The notes under the pieces are model-generated. The model was not told where the DNA came from, ran no database searches, and saw nothing but the letters and a program-made list of their open reading frames with translations. The translations under genes and the position numbers were made by a program. A stretch of DNA of 64,000 nt, taken from positions 75,888,001 through 75,952,000 of the forward strand of contig OZ024744.1 of assembly GCA_964016885.1 (NCBI GenBank). Reading direction: 5' to 3'. This stretch comes from Eledone cirrhosa (taxonomy: Eukaryota). Shown here in pieces: positions 27,445 to 38,944 of this stretch (position 1 is its first letter; each line of letters opens with the position of its first letter).

Positions 27445-27528
27445 TTACAATTGTTTCCCCGGCGAACAGCTCAGGTGCGATCTGTATGTGGATCGACCTG
27501 ACTCTAGACTCGCTGGTTCCTCAGACAC
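27445..27528 (-). ncRNA. Hammerhead (family g) with extended stem II, interrupted by the Helitron (stem I 3' arm continues at 24645)
   Basis: GTGT-CTGAGGA-aCCAGCGA...TCGCCGGgg-GAAA-CAATTG-TA-A|TAC-acAATAAA. Confidence 0.72.
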
Positions 27529-27899
27529 GTCTATTGATTTCGGAGCAGATCCTCTTTCTGTGGTTCTGACCCTACGGGTCTATATCGTCCAATTTCATGC
27601 TGTTTACGCGTCCTTGGGTTGGTCACGGGTGAGTGACGTCATCATAATTCTGACCACTGGGAGCAGCGCACTGACCATCGGGGCTTGAGCTGTCACTGAC
27701 CCAGAGTCCCATCGGCAAAATTACTGCTGTGTTTGCCTGTTATCACTCCCATACGCACGGACACACACATGCACAGAGACACGGACAGATACATATAGTG
27801 TGGCTCGCGTGCTTACGTTCACACACGTGCCCACAGAAACATATACGTATATTCATATATACACACACACATAAACAGTCACACAAATATACACATACA

Positions 27900-27934
<35 letters not shown>

Positions 27935-28224
27935 ACCTGTATATATACATACACACACTCACCCATACATACAGACATACGCACACATGCACATATATAT
28001 ATATACACATGGACATATATACATACACATACGCCCACACGGACATATACACAAATAGATATACATACACGTACATATATATATATATCTACATATTTGT
28101 CCCTCTACACGTGTGTAGACACACACACACAGACACACACACTCACACATATACATACACACACACGTCTACTCTTACATGTATAAATGTATATATATAT
28201 ATATACACACACACATAAACAAAT

Positions 28225-29768
28225 ATGTAAAAATATATAAGAAAAGTATATAAAGATACAGATTGGGCTGTACGTGAGAACATACACCTTGATGTACATG
28301 CTGACAGAGTTGGTATTATGATGCGAGCGTTGATTACTCCACGTTTAGAATCCTTAAGCATATGGGGAGCTCATGGTAGTAATGTAAAAAGTATGCCCAG
28401 ACCATACATAGTAAATGCCTGCAGAATATATAAAAGATATATCAGAAATATAAAGAAAAAGTATATAACGATACACATTGGGTTGTACATGGAAAAATAC
28501 ATGAGGTGTTACATAATGGAATGCGTGCAGAATATGCACACACTACTGAAAAGATAGACATGCCAGGAGTGTGTGAACAGGCTATAATAGAGTATGTTAC
28601 TGTGGGTGAGATAGAGTGTCTTATTGATGTATGGTATGGGACTGAATATCCACGGAAGTTGAGCCACTGTGTCCCGGCTCCTGCGATGTCGTTGTTTAAG
28701 ATGACGTGCAGAGTCCGATAGGTAGCATAGATTGTGTCGACTTACCCCACAGGACATACATATTCAACAAGGTATGGTGTCAGTCCCTTTGAACCCGAGC
28801 CGCCGCCACCCCGACTGACGTCCCCTTCCCCGTATGCCTTTAGTTATGGACCATCCGGTGGTGTCCATGCGGAGAGTGTGCACATTCTCTGGTGTCTGCA
28901 TGTTATGATAATCCCCGATTTCAGGTTGACTGCGTCATCCTTTAATCTCACTATCTCCATGGCCTCGGATAAGCATAGCCTACACTTCCTCTCTCCAGCC
29001 GAATATGCATTTGCATGATGAACGATACTCCAGTTGAGATCATACGGGGTGTTGGTGTCTTTCAAATCCCATATTAGGTCCGCCAGCCTTGTGGAGTGTC
29101 TCTTGCTCCGGTCCTTGAAAGAGTTTGTGTGATTATACATCCTCAACTTAAAGTTCGTGGATGTTGCGCCGATGTAGGTGCGTTTGGTGTTGTGCGTGTT
29201 AACCACACATTTATATACTAGGCCCTTCGTTAGGCATCTTCCCTGTAGAGGACATTGTGTTCCCGCCCTGCAGTTGCATGCTCGGTCGTTATGTTGCTCA
29301 TCTCTTACGCTGGGCCCTGGGTCTACTGCGGCATTCCCCCGATTTTCTGGGTGTTGTTCTGTCAGTGCGATGGGTTCCTCTCCGTCATTCAGTTCCGCCT
29401 GGCATTCGTTTACAGCGTCATCCACGAGTGTGGCGGCCGCCGCGGGGACCGGACCATAGTTGAAAACCCTGTCTCCAAGTGGCCCTCCAGGCCTCGCGGG
29501 ACCGTCAGCCGCCCGCCGCAGTGGGCGGTCGAATTTCCCCAACCTCACCGCGTTGGGTTTGGCCATGTAGTCTGCCATGTTAGGTGCGGTGGAGAAGGAG
29601 AACTTCACTGTGTGGCGGTTGAACATTCTGTGGTATCTGTTCGATGGCGGGAAGCACTCGTCCAACGCTCCGAAGAAGAGGCCTGGTACATTGCTGCATA
29701 CATGCTTCGAATACGGCGCGTTAAACCACGTAATGGTCTTAGACCTTGTCCTATTCCGTCGTCTCTGT

Positions 29769-29852
<84 letters not shown>

Positions 29853-31390
29853 ATGTGTGTTAGGTCAGGTGTCCCTCCCGGGTTGTGTCTACCCGTTATT
29901 TCGTCCCCAATGTTACGCTACGCTATCTATATATCTACCGTGTGTGTCAGGATTACGCCGATCGCTTACTGAAATGTTCTGTTCTCTATTGTCGGCTCTA
30001 CTGTTAATCCCGTTAATGCTATCTGGTGCTGTTGCCGGGGCTGTGTCTATGCTATTGACCCGAGTGATCCCTCTATCTGGTTCTACGTCCAGATCTGTCC
30101 TTACTCTGGCACTAGTTTCAGTGTCCGCGTCGCGTATTGTGTCTGTGTCCGGATTCAGTCTACGTGTACTGTGTGGCAACCGCGTGTGCCTTCGTCTGTC
30201 TTATTGTCAGTCTTGTGTCCTTGCGGTAATCTATATTACTAGCCCTATTCCTAGATGCGTATTCCGGGTTGTTCTGCCTACCTATGGAAGTACTAATACT
30301 ATCCTTATATCTGCTTGTCTCGCCACTGGGCCCTTCCCTGTCTGGGGTGTACACTATGGCTTCTGTGTAACCGGCCCTGCGCAGTGCCTCATTATAATAA
30401 TCGGCGTGCTGGTTAAACACGTCTGCGTTAGCCGACAGGGTGGATATGCGTTTGGATGCCCCTTTTACTATGGCGTCTATTACGGACTGGGGGTGGTTCG
30501 AGTGCCTGTTCACATAATGCAGGTTCTCGTTGGGCTTGTGGTAAGGCAGGTGTATGCCTCTATTCAGTTCCAGAGTTACATCAAGGAAATTCACTGTCTT
30601 AGTGCTAGGGTCTATCAGCACGGATAAGCCGTGCTGCTTATCCGAGGCCATGGAGATAGTGAGATTAAAGGATGATGCGGTCAACCTGAAATCGGAGATT
30701 GTCATGGCCTTGAGACACCAGAGAAGATGCCCACTCTCTGCATCGACACCACCAGACGGTCCATAACTAAAGGCATACGGGGAAGGGGACGTCAGTAGGG
30801 GTGGCGGCGGCTCGGGTCTAAGGGGACTGACACCATACCTTGTTGAATATGTATGTCCTGTGGGGTAAGTCGACACAATCTATGCTACCTATCGGACTCT
30901 GCACGTCATCTTAAACAACGACATCGCAGGAGCCGGCGCACAGTGGCTCAACTTCCATGGATATTCAGTCCCATACCATACATCAATAAGCCACTCTATC
31001 TCACCCACAGTAACATACTCCATTATAGCCTATTCACGAACTCCTGGCATGTCTATCTTTTCAGTAGTGTGTGCATATTCTGCACGCATTCCATTATGTA
31101 ACACCTCATGTATTTTTCCATGTACAACCTAATGTGTATCGTTATATACTTTTCTTTACATTTCTGATATATCTTTTATATATTCTGCAGACATTTACTA
31201 TGTATGGTCTGGGCATACTTTTTACATTACTACCATGAGCTCCCCATATGCTTAAGGATTCTAAACGTGGAGTAATCAACGCTCGCATCATAATACCAAC
31301 TCTGTCAGCATATACATCAAGGTGTATGTTCTCACGTACAGCCCAATCTGTATCTTTATATACTTTTCTTATATATTTTTACATATTTTT
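28225..31390 (-). mobile_element. 5'-truncated Penelope-like element with inverted copy of its 3' region at 30636-31390
   Basis: VNFLDVTL, YHKPNENLHYVNRHSNHP, ITWFNAPYS, CNCR..CPL, GLVY..YIG, CRLCLSE; ~750-bp inverted repeat. Confidence 0.9.
28844..30630 (-). pseudogene. PLE RT thumb plus GIY-YIG endonuclease, disrupted; (TAG)n in linker
   Basis: ORF fragments 28844-29665 and 30160-30630. Confidence 0.85.
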
Positions 31391-31393
31391 TCA

Positions 31394-31524
<131 letters not shown>

Positions 31525-31582
31525 CAGAGAGAGAGAGAGAGTGAAGTATATTTCTAATGTCTTGATTTTTATTTCATTGTTT

Positions 31583-31674
<92 letters not shown>

Positions 31675-32121
31675 CTATATATATATATATATATATATAT
31701 CACAAAACAGAGTCAGTAGTATTTATTACAACATACACACGGAAAACAACTTGAATCTGGATATTTTCAAAACATATTTCATAGGGATCGATTAGCAGTT
31801 TGACATGGAATACTTGAACATACAAGCGTCATCGTAATAATATTGTTGGCTATTGTTTCCCCACAGAACCTTTCAATATCATAAATATAGATATACATGT
31901 TGCTGATGAAGTGCCACAATTCCTAATTATATGTAGACAACAATCTGGATGACGACATCAATAATGACGCTGTTGATGACAATTGTAATCATATAGACAA
32001 GTTAAACAAGAATAATTGCAATCTAAACTATAATAAAAGAAGGTCTGCGGGACTGCGGGACTGCGTACGGTTTTTTCTTTTTTTATCCCGTTAGTAAAAT
32101 AAGTTGGATTACTTTGAATAA

Positions 32122-32500
32122 ATAATTGTTTCTACTTTAGGCACAAGGCCAGCAATGACCCAGTGCATTACTGGTACTTTATTTTAGCGACCCTGTAAGG
32201 ATGAAAGGCAAAGTAAACCTCGGCGGGATTTGAACTTAGACCATAAAGGGACGTAACTATGCTGGAAAGCATGGCGTCCGACCCTCTACCGATACTGCCA
32301 ATCCACTGCATTGAATAAATAATTGTTTCTACTTTAGGCACAAGGCCAGCAATTAACCAGTGTATTACTGGTACTTTATTTTATCGACCCCGTAAGGATG
32401 AAAGGCAAAGTTAACCTCGGCGGGATTTGAACTCAAAATGGCAAGGGCCGTAACTATATTCGCCAAAGCATGGCATCCGACACTCTACCAATACTGCCAA
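32122..32500 (-). mobile_element. Two tandem tRNA-derived SINEs with Nin/Deu-like domain
   Basis: Each copy is the reverse complement of 42277-42466 (GTTCAAATCCCGCCGAGG, CCTTTCATCCTTAC.GGGTCG). Confidence 0.8.
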
Positions 32501-33117
32501 TGAATGGATATTACATAATTTATCTACTAAATTTCGTAAACAAAAATAATTTCGTAAAAATAAACAATTTAAAATTGACTTCTTTTCAAAGTTGCACTTC
32601 CGGTATATCGATGCCACCACCATCACTTCAACTACCATATATATAGAAAGAGAGAGTGTGTGATGTCAACACTTCCGGTGGCGATCACTTAAATAAACAT
32701 ACTAATTTTCTGTCACTAATTTTCTCCTAATGCAGTTTATATATAATATCGTCTTTTTTTAATGTATCATGGATTACGTTACTGATTACATAAGACAGTG
32801 TAACAACGTCTTTGTTCAATTTCTGTTTATATTGTCAACTACCATTTTATTTGATGTATCATATCTATATGTATATATACTTGCGTATAATATCAATATA
32901 CACACTACACATGCTAGCAGAAAACCACACGTAGGGTAGTTTATCTGTTAGTGACGTTAATGATAATGATATATATTATATTACAAATATTCTATGAATA
33001 AAACCCAACGACAAAAACATAAATACATACAGATACAAATATGAACATATAAACACAAACATTCCGACACTCACACATACAGAGACACACTCGCTCTCTC
33101 AAACACTACACACACTG

Positions 33118-33159
<42 letters not shown>

Positions 33160-33703
33160 CGAAGGAAGTGTGGTAAGGAACCAGCTGAACTAAAACGCAC
33201 CAGAGTACTCGATACGTTGGATAGTAGAGAGGGTAATAGGAAAAGGTTCAAGACCCCCCCCCCTCTGACGACCATGCACACACACACACACACCATCTAT
33301 ATCTATAACTATCTATCTCTTTGTGCTCCTGTCGAGGGGCGTAGGTCACATATATTTATACATACGCATACACACGCATACACACACGCATGTTTATATT
33401 GGAGAAGAAAAAGAATATAATTATTCCATTCGCCAGGAGAACGTGGCTAACAACGGCTCCTTAAATTGCACAAATGCAAAATTGCTTACTTACAAACTAA
33501 GGGAGATAAACACTTCGATAATTTATTCAGTTATCTCCCTTATAATCTGTGTCTGTAATTTGTCATTTTAATTAGTGTATTTTTTTTTTAAATTAAAATA
33601 TAAAAGTTTATTCATGGAATATATAATGTAAATACAGTTTAATAGAAGAAAAAAAAGAAAATTTATATTAAGAAGAAAGAGTGGAATGTAAAATAGGGAA
33701 ATA

Positions 33704-36700
33704 TTGGTCTACCTGGCCATTTACAGTCCAGTGTATGGTCTACCTGGTCATTTACAGTCCAGTGTATGGTCTACCTGGTCATTTACAGTCCAGTGTATGG
33801 TCTACCTGGTCATTTACAGTTCAGTGTGTGGTCTACCTGGTTATTTACAGTCCAGTGTATGGTCTACCTCGCCATTTACAGTCCAGTGTATGGTCTACCT
33901 GGTCATTTACAGTCCAGTGTATGGTCTACCTGGTCATTTACAGTTCAGTGTGTGGTCTACCTGGTTATTTACAGTCCAGTGTATGGTCTACCTCGCCATT
34001 TACAGTCCAGTGTATGGTCTACCTGGTCATTTACAGTCCAGTGTATGGTCTACCTGGTCATTTACAGTTCAGTGTGTGGTCTACCTGGTTATTTACAGTC
34101 CAGTGTATGGTCTACCTCGCCATTTACAGTCCAGTGTATGGTCTACCTGGTCATTTACAGTCCAGTGTGTGGTCTACATGGTTATTTACAGTTCAGTGTG
34201 TGGTCTACCTGGTTATTTACAGTCCAGTGTATGGTCTACCTCGCCATTTACAGTCCAGTGTATGGTCTACCTGGTCATTTACAGTCCAGTGTATGGTCTA
34301 CCTCGCCATTTACAGTCCAGTGTATGGTCTACCTGGTCATTTACAGTCCAGTGTGTGGTCTACATGGTTATTTACAGTTCAGTGTGTGGTCTACCTGGTT
34401 ATTTACAGTCCAGTGTATGGTCTACCTCGCCATTTACAGTCCAGTGTATGGTCTACCTGGTCATTTACAGACCAGTGTATGGTCTACCTCGCCATTTACA
34501 GTCCAGTGTATGGTCTACCTCGCCATTTACAGTCCAGTGTATGGTCTACCTGGTCATTTACAGTCCAGTGTATGGTCTACCTTGTCATTTACAGTCCAGT
34601 GTGTGGTCTACCTGGTTATTTACAGTCCAGTGTATGGTCTACCTCGCCATTTACAGTCCAGTGTATGGTCTACCTGGTCATTTACAGTCCAGTGTATGGT
34701 CTACCTGGTCATTTACAGTCCAGTGTATGGTCTACCTGGTCATTTACAGTTCAGTGTGTGGTCTACCTGGTTATTTACAGTCCAGTGTATGGTCTACCTC
34801 GCCATTTACAGTCCAGTGTATGGTCTACCTGGTCATTTACAGTCCAGTGTATGGTCTACCTGGTCATTTACAGTTCAGTGTGTGGTCTACCTGGTCATTT
34901 ACAGTTCAGTGTGTGGTCTACCTGGTTATTTACAGTCCAGTGTATGGTCTACCTCGCCATTTACAGTCCAGTGTATGGTCTACCTGGTCATTTACAGTCC
35001 AGTGTATGGTCTACCTGGTCATTTACAGTTCAGTGTGTGGTCTACCTGGTTATTTACAGTCCAGTGTATGGTCTACCTCGCCATTTACAGTCCAGTGTAT
35101 GGTCTACCTGGTCATTTACAGTCCAGTGTATGGTCTACCTGGTCATTTACAGTTCAGTGTGTGGTCTACCTGGTTATTTACAGTCCAGTGTATGGTCTAC
35201 CTCGCCATTTACAGTCCAGTGTATGGTCTACCTGGTCATTTACAGTCCAGTGTGTGGTCTACATGGTTATTTACAGTTCAGTGTGTGGTCTACCTGGTTA
35301 TTTACAGTCCAGTGTATGGTCTACCTCGCCATTTACAGTCCAGTGTATGGTCTACCTGGTCATTTACAGTCCAGTGTATGGTCTACCTCGCCATTTACAG
35401 TCCAGTGTATGGTCTACCTGGTCATTTACAGTCCAGTGTGTGGTCTACATGGTTATTTACAGTTCAGTGTGTGGTCTACCTGGTTATTTACAGTCCAGTG
35501 TATGGTCTACCTCGCCATTTACAGTCCAGTGTATGGTCTACCTGGTCATTTACAGTCCAGTGTATGGTCTACCTCGCCATTTACAGTCCAGTGTATGGTC
35601 TACCTCGCCATTTACAGTCCAGTGTATGGTCTACCTGGTCATTTACAGTCCAGTGTATGGTCTACCTTGTCATTTACAGTCCTGTGTGTGGTCTACCTGG
35701 TTATTTACAGTCCAGTGTATGGTCTACCTCGCCATTTACAGTCCAGTGTATGGTCTACCTGGTCATTTACAGTCCAGTGTATGGTCTACCTGGTCATTTA
35801 CAGTCCAGTGTATGGTCTACCTGGTCATTTACAGTTCAGTGTGTGGTCTACCTGGTTATTTACAGTCCAGTGTATGGTCTACCTCGCCATTTACAGTCCA
35901 GTGTATGGTCTACCTGGTCATTTACAGTCCAGTGTATGGTCTACCTGGTCATTTACAGTTCAGTGTGTGGTCTACCTGGTCATTTACAGTCCAGTGTATG
36001 GTCTACCTCGCCATTTACAGGCCAGTGTATGGTCTACCTGGTCATTTACAGTCCAGTGTATGGTCTACCTGGTCATTTACAGTTCAGTGTGTGGTCTACC
36101 TGGTCATTTACAGTTCAGTGTGTGGTCTACCTGGTTATTTACACTACAGTGTATGGTCTACCTGGTCATTTACAGTCCAGTGTATGGTCTACCTCGCCAT
36201 TTACAGTCCAGTGTATGGTCTACCTGGTCATTTACAGTCCAGTGTATGGTCTACCTGGTCATTTACAGTTCAGTGTGTCGTCTACCTGGTTATTTACAGT
36301 CCAGTGTATGGTCTACCTCGCCATTTACAGTCCAGTGTATGGTCTACCTCGCCATTTACAGTCCAGTGTATGGTCTACCTGGTCATTTACAGTTCAGTGT
36401 GTGGTCTACCTGGTTATTTACAGTCCAGTGTATGGTCTACCTGGTCATTTACAGTCCAGTGTGTGGTCTACATGGTTATTTACAGTTTAGTGTGTGGTCT
36501 ACCTGGTCATTTACAGTCCAGTGTATGGTCTACCTGGTCATTTACAGTCCAGTGTGTGGTCTACATGGTTATTTACAGTTTAGTGTGTGGTCTACCTGGT
36601 CATTTACAGTCCAGTGTATGGTTTACCTGGCCATTTACAGTTCAGATTGTGGTCTACCTGGTCATTTACAGTTCAGTGTGTGGTCTACCTGGTTATTTAC

Positions 36701-38778
36701 AGTCCAGTGTATGGTCTACCTCGCCATTTACAGTCCAGTGTATAGTCTACCTGGTCATTTACAGTCCAGTGTATGGTCTACCTGGTCATTTACAGTTCAG
36801 TGTGTGGTCTACCTGGTTATTTACAGTTCAGATTGTGGTCTACCTGGTCATTTACAGTCCAGTGTATGGTCTACCTGGTCATTTACAGTCCAGTGTGTGG
36901 TCTACATGGTTATTTACAGTTTAGTGTGTGGTCTACCTCGCCATTTACAGTCCCGTGTATGGTCTACCTGGTCATTTACAGTCCAGTGTGTGGTCTACCT
37001 GGTCATTTACAGTCCAGTGTATGGTCTACCTAGTCATTTACAGTTCAGTGTGTCGTCTACCTGGTTATTTACAGTCCAGTGTATGGTCTACCTCGCCATT
37101 TACAGTCCAGTGTATGGTCTACCTCGCCATTTACAGTCCAGTGTATGGTCTACCTGGTCATTTACAGTTCAGTGTGTGGTCTACCTGGTTATTTACAGTC
37201 CAGTGTATGGTCTACCTGGTCATTTACAGTCCAGTGTGTGGTCTACATGGTTATTTACAGTTTAGTGTGTGGTCTACCTGGTCATTTACAGTCCAGTGTA
37301 TGGTCTACCTGGTCATTTACAGTCCAGTGTGTGGTCTACATGGTTATTTACAGTTTAGTGTATGGTCTACCTGGTCATTTACAGTCCAGTGTATGGTTTA
37401 CCTGGCCATTTACAGTTCAGATTGTGGTCTACCTGGTCATTTACAGTTCAGTGTGTGGTCTACCTGGTTATTTACAGTCCAGTGTATGGTCTACCTCGCC
37501 ATTTACAGTCCAGTGTATAGTCTACCTGGTCATTTACAGTCCAGTGTATGGTCTACTTGGTCATTTACAGTTCAGTGTGTGGTCTACCTGGTTATTTACA
37601 GTTCAGATTGTGGTCTACCTGGTCATTTACAGTCCAGTGTATGGTCTACCTGGTCATTTACAGTCCAGTGTGTGGTCTACATGGTTATTTACAGTTTAGT
37701 GTGTGGTCTACCTCGCCATTTACAGTCCCGTGTATGGTCTACCTGGTCATTTACAGTCCAGTGTGTGGTCTACCTGGTCATTTACAGTCCAGTGTATGGT
37801 CTACCTGGTCATTTACAGTTCAGTGTGTGGTCTACATGGTTATTTACAGTTTAGTGTGTGGTCTACCTGGTTATTTACAGTCCAGTGTATGGTTTACCTG
37901 GTCATTTACAGTCCAGTGTATGGTCTACCTGGTCATTTACAGTTCAGTGTATGGTCTACCTGGTCATTTACAGTCCAGTGTATGGTCTACCTGGTCATTT
38001 ACAGTCCAGTGTGTGGTCTACATGGTTATTTACAGTTTAGTGTGTGGTCTACCTGGTTATTTACAGTCCAGTGTATGGTTTACCTGGTCATTTACAGTCC
38101 AGTGTATGGTCTACCTGGTCATTTACAGTCCAGTGTGTGGTCTACCTGGTTATTTACAGTCCAGTGTATGGTTTACCTGGCCATTTACAGTTCAGATTGT
38201 GGTCTACCTGGTTATTTACAGTCCAGTGTATGGTCTACCTCGCCATTTACAGTCCAGTGTATGGTCTACCTCGCCATTTACAGTTCAGATTGTGGTCTAC
38301 CTGGTTATTTACAGTCCAGTGTATGGTCTACCTCGCCATTTACAGTCCAGTGTATGGTTTACCTGGCCATTTACAGTTCAGATTGTGGTCTACCTGGTTA
38401 TTTACAGTCCAGTGTATGGTCTACCTCGCCCTTTACAGTCCAGTGTATGGTTTACCTGGCCATTTACAGTTCAGATTGTGGTCTACCTCGTCATTTACAG
38501 TCCAGTGTATGGTCTACCTCGCCATTTACAGTCCAGCGTATGGTTTACCTGGCCATTTACAGTTCAGATTGTGGTCTACCTGGTCATTTACAGTCCAGTG
38601 TGTGGTCTACCTGGTTATTTACAGTCCAGTGTATGGTTTACCTGGCCATTTACAGTTCAGATTGTGGTCTACCTGGTCATTTACAGTCCAGTGTATGGTC
38701 TACCTCTCCATTTACAGTCCAGTGTATGGTTTACCTCGCCATTTACAGTTCAGATTGTGGTCTACCAGTTCAGTGTGT
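33704..38778. repeat. 31-bp satellite (TGGTCTACCTGGTCATTTACAGTCCAGTGTA), about 163 units, with higher-order repeats
   Basis: Direct; rare variants recur at 1085-bp and 775-bp spacing. Confidence 0.97.
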
Positions 38779-38944
38779 TGGCTGTTCCTCGAAGCTATTG
38801 TTGAACAAACGGATGATGACAGTCATCAAAACAAAGCATAGTCATCGAAACATAGCAGAGTGAGGATGTTTGCTTGCAAATGAATCGATTATTATTATCA
38901 TTATTATTATTATTGTTAATAAAGAAATCATTATTATTATTATT

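Noticed and set aside
29857-30627. 256-aa plus-strand ORF
   Set aside because: Antisense to the PLE coding region
31240-31295. Hammerhead-like CTTAAGGA...GTAA in the PLE inverted repeat
   Set aside because: Core and stems do not fit
32595-32685. Two CACTTCCGGT ETS-like motifs as a promoter
   Set aside because: No linked gene or transcript evidence
33704-38778. CRISPR-like array (31-bp repeat)
   Set aside because: Contiguous units without unique spacers; no cas genes; eukaryotic context
33681-38863. Long ORFs (up to 1194 aa) in three frames
   Set aside because: By-product of a stop-free 31-bp unit; the same peptide appears in every frame
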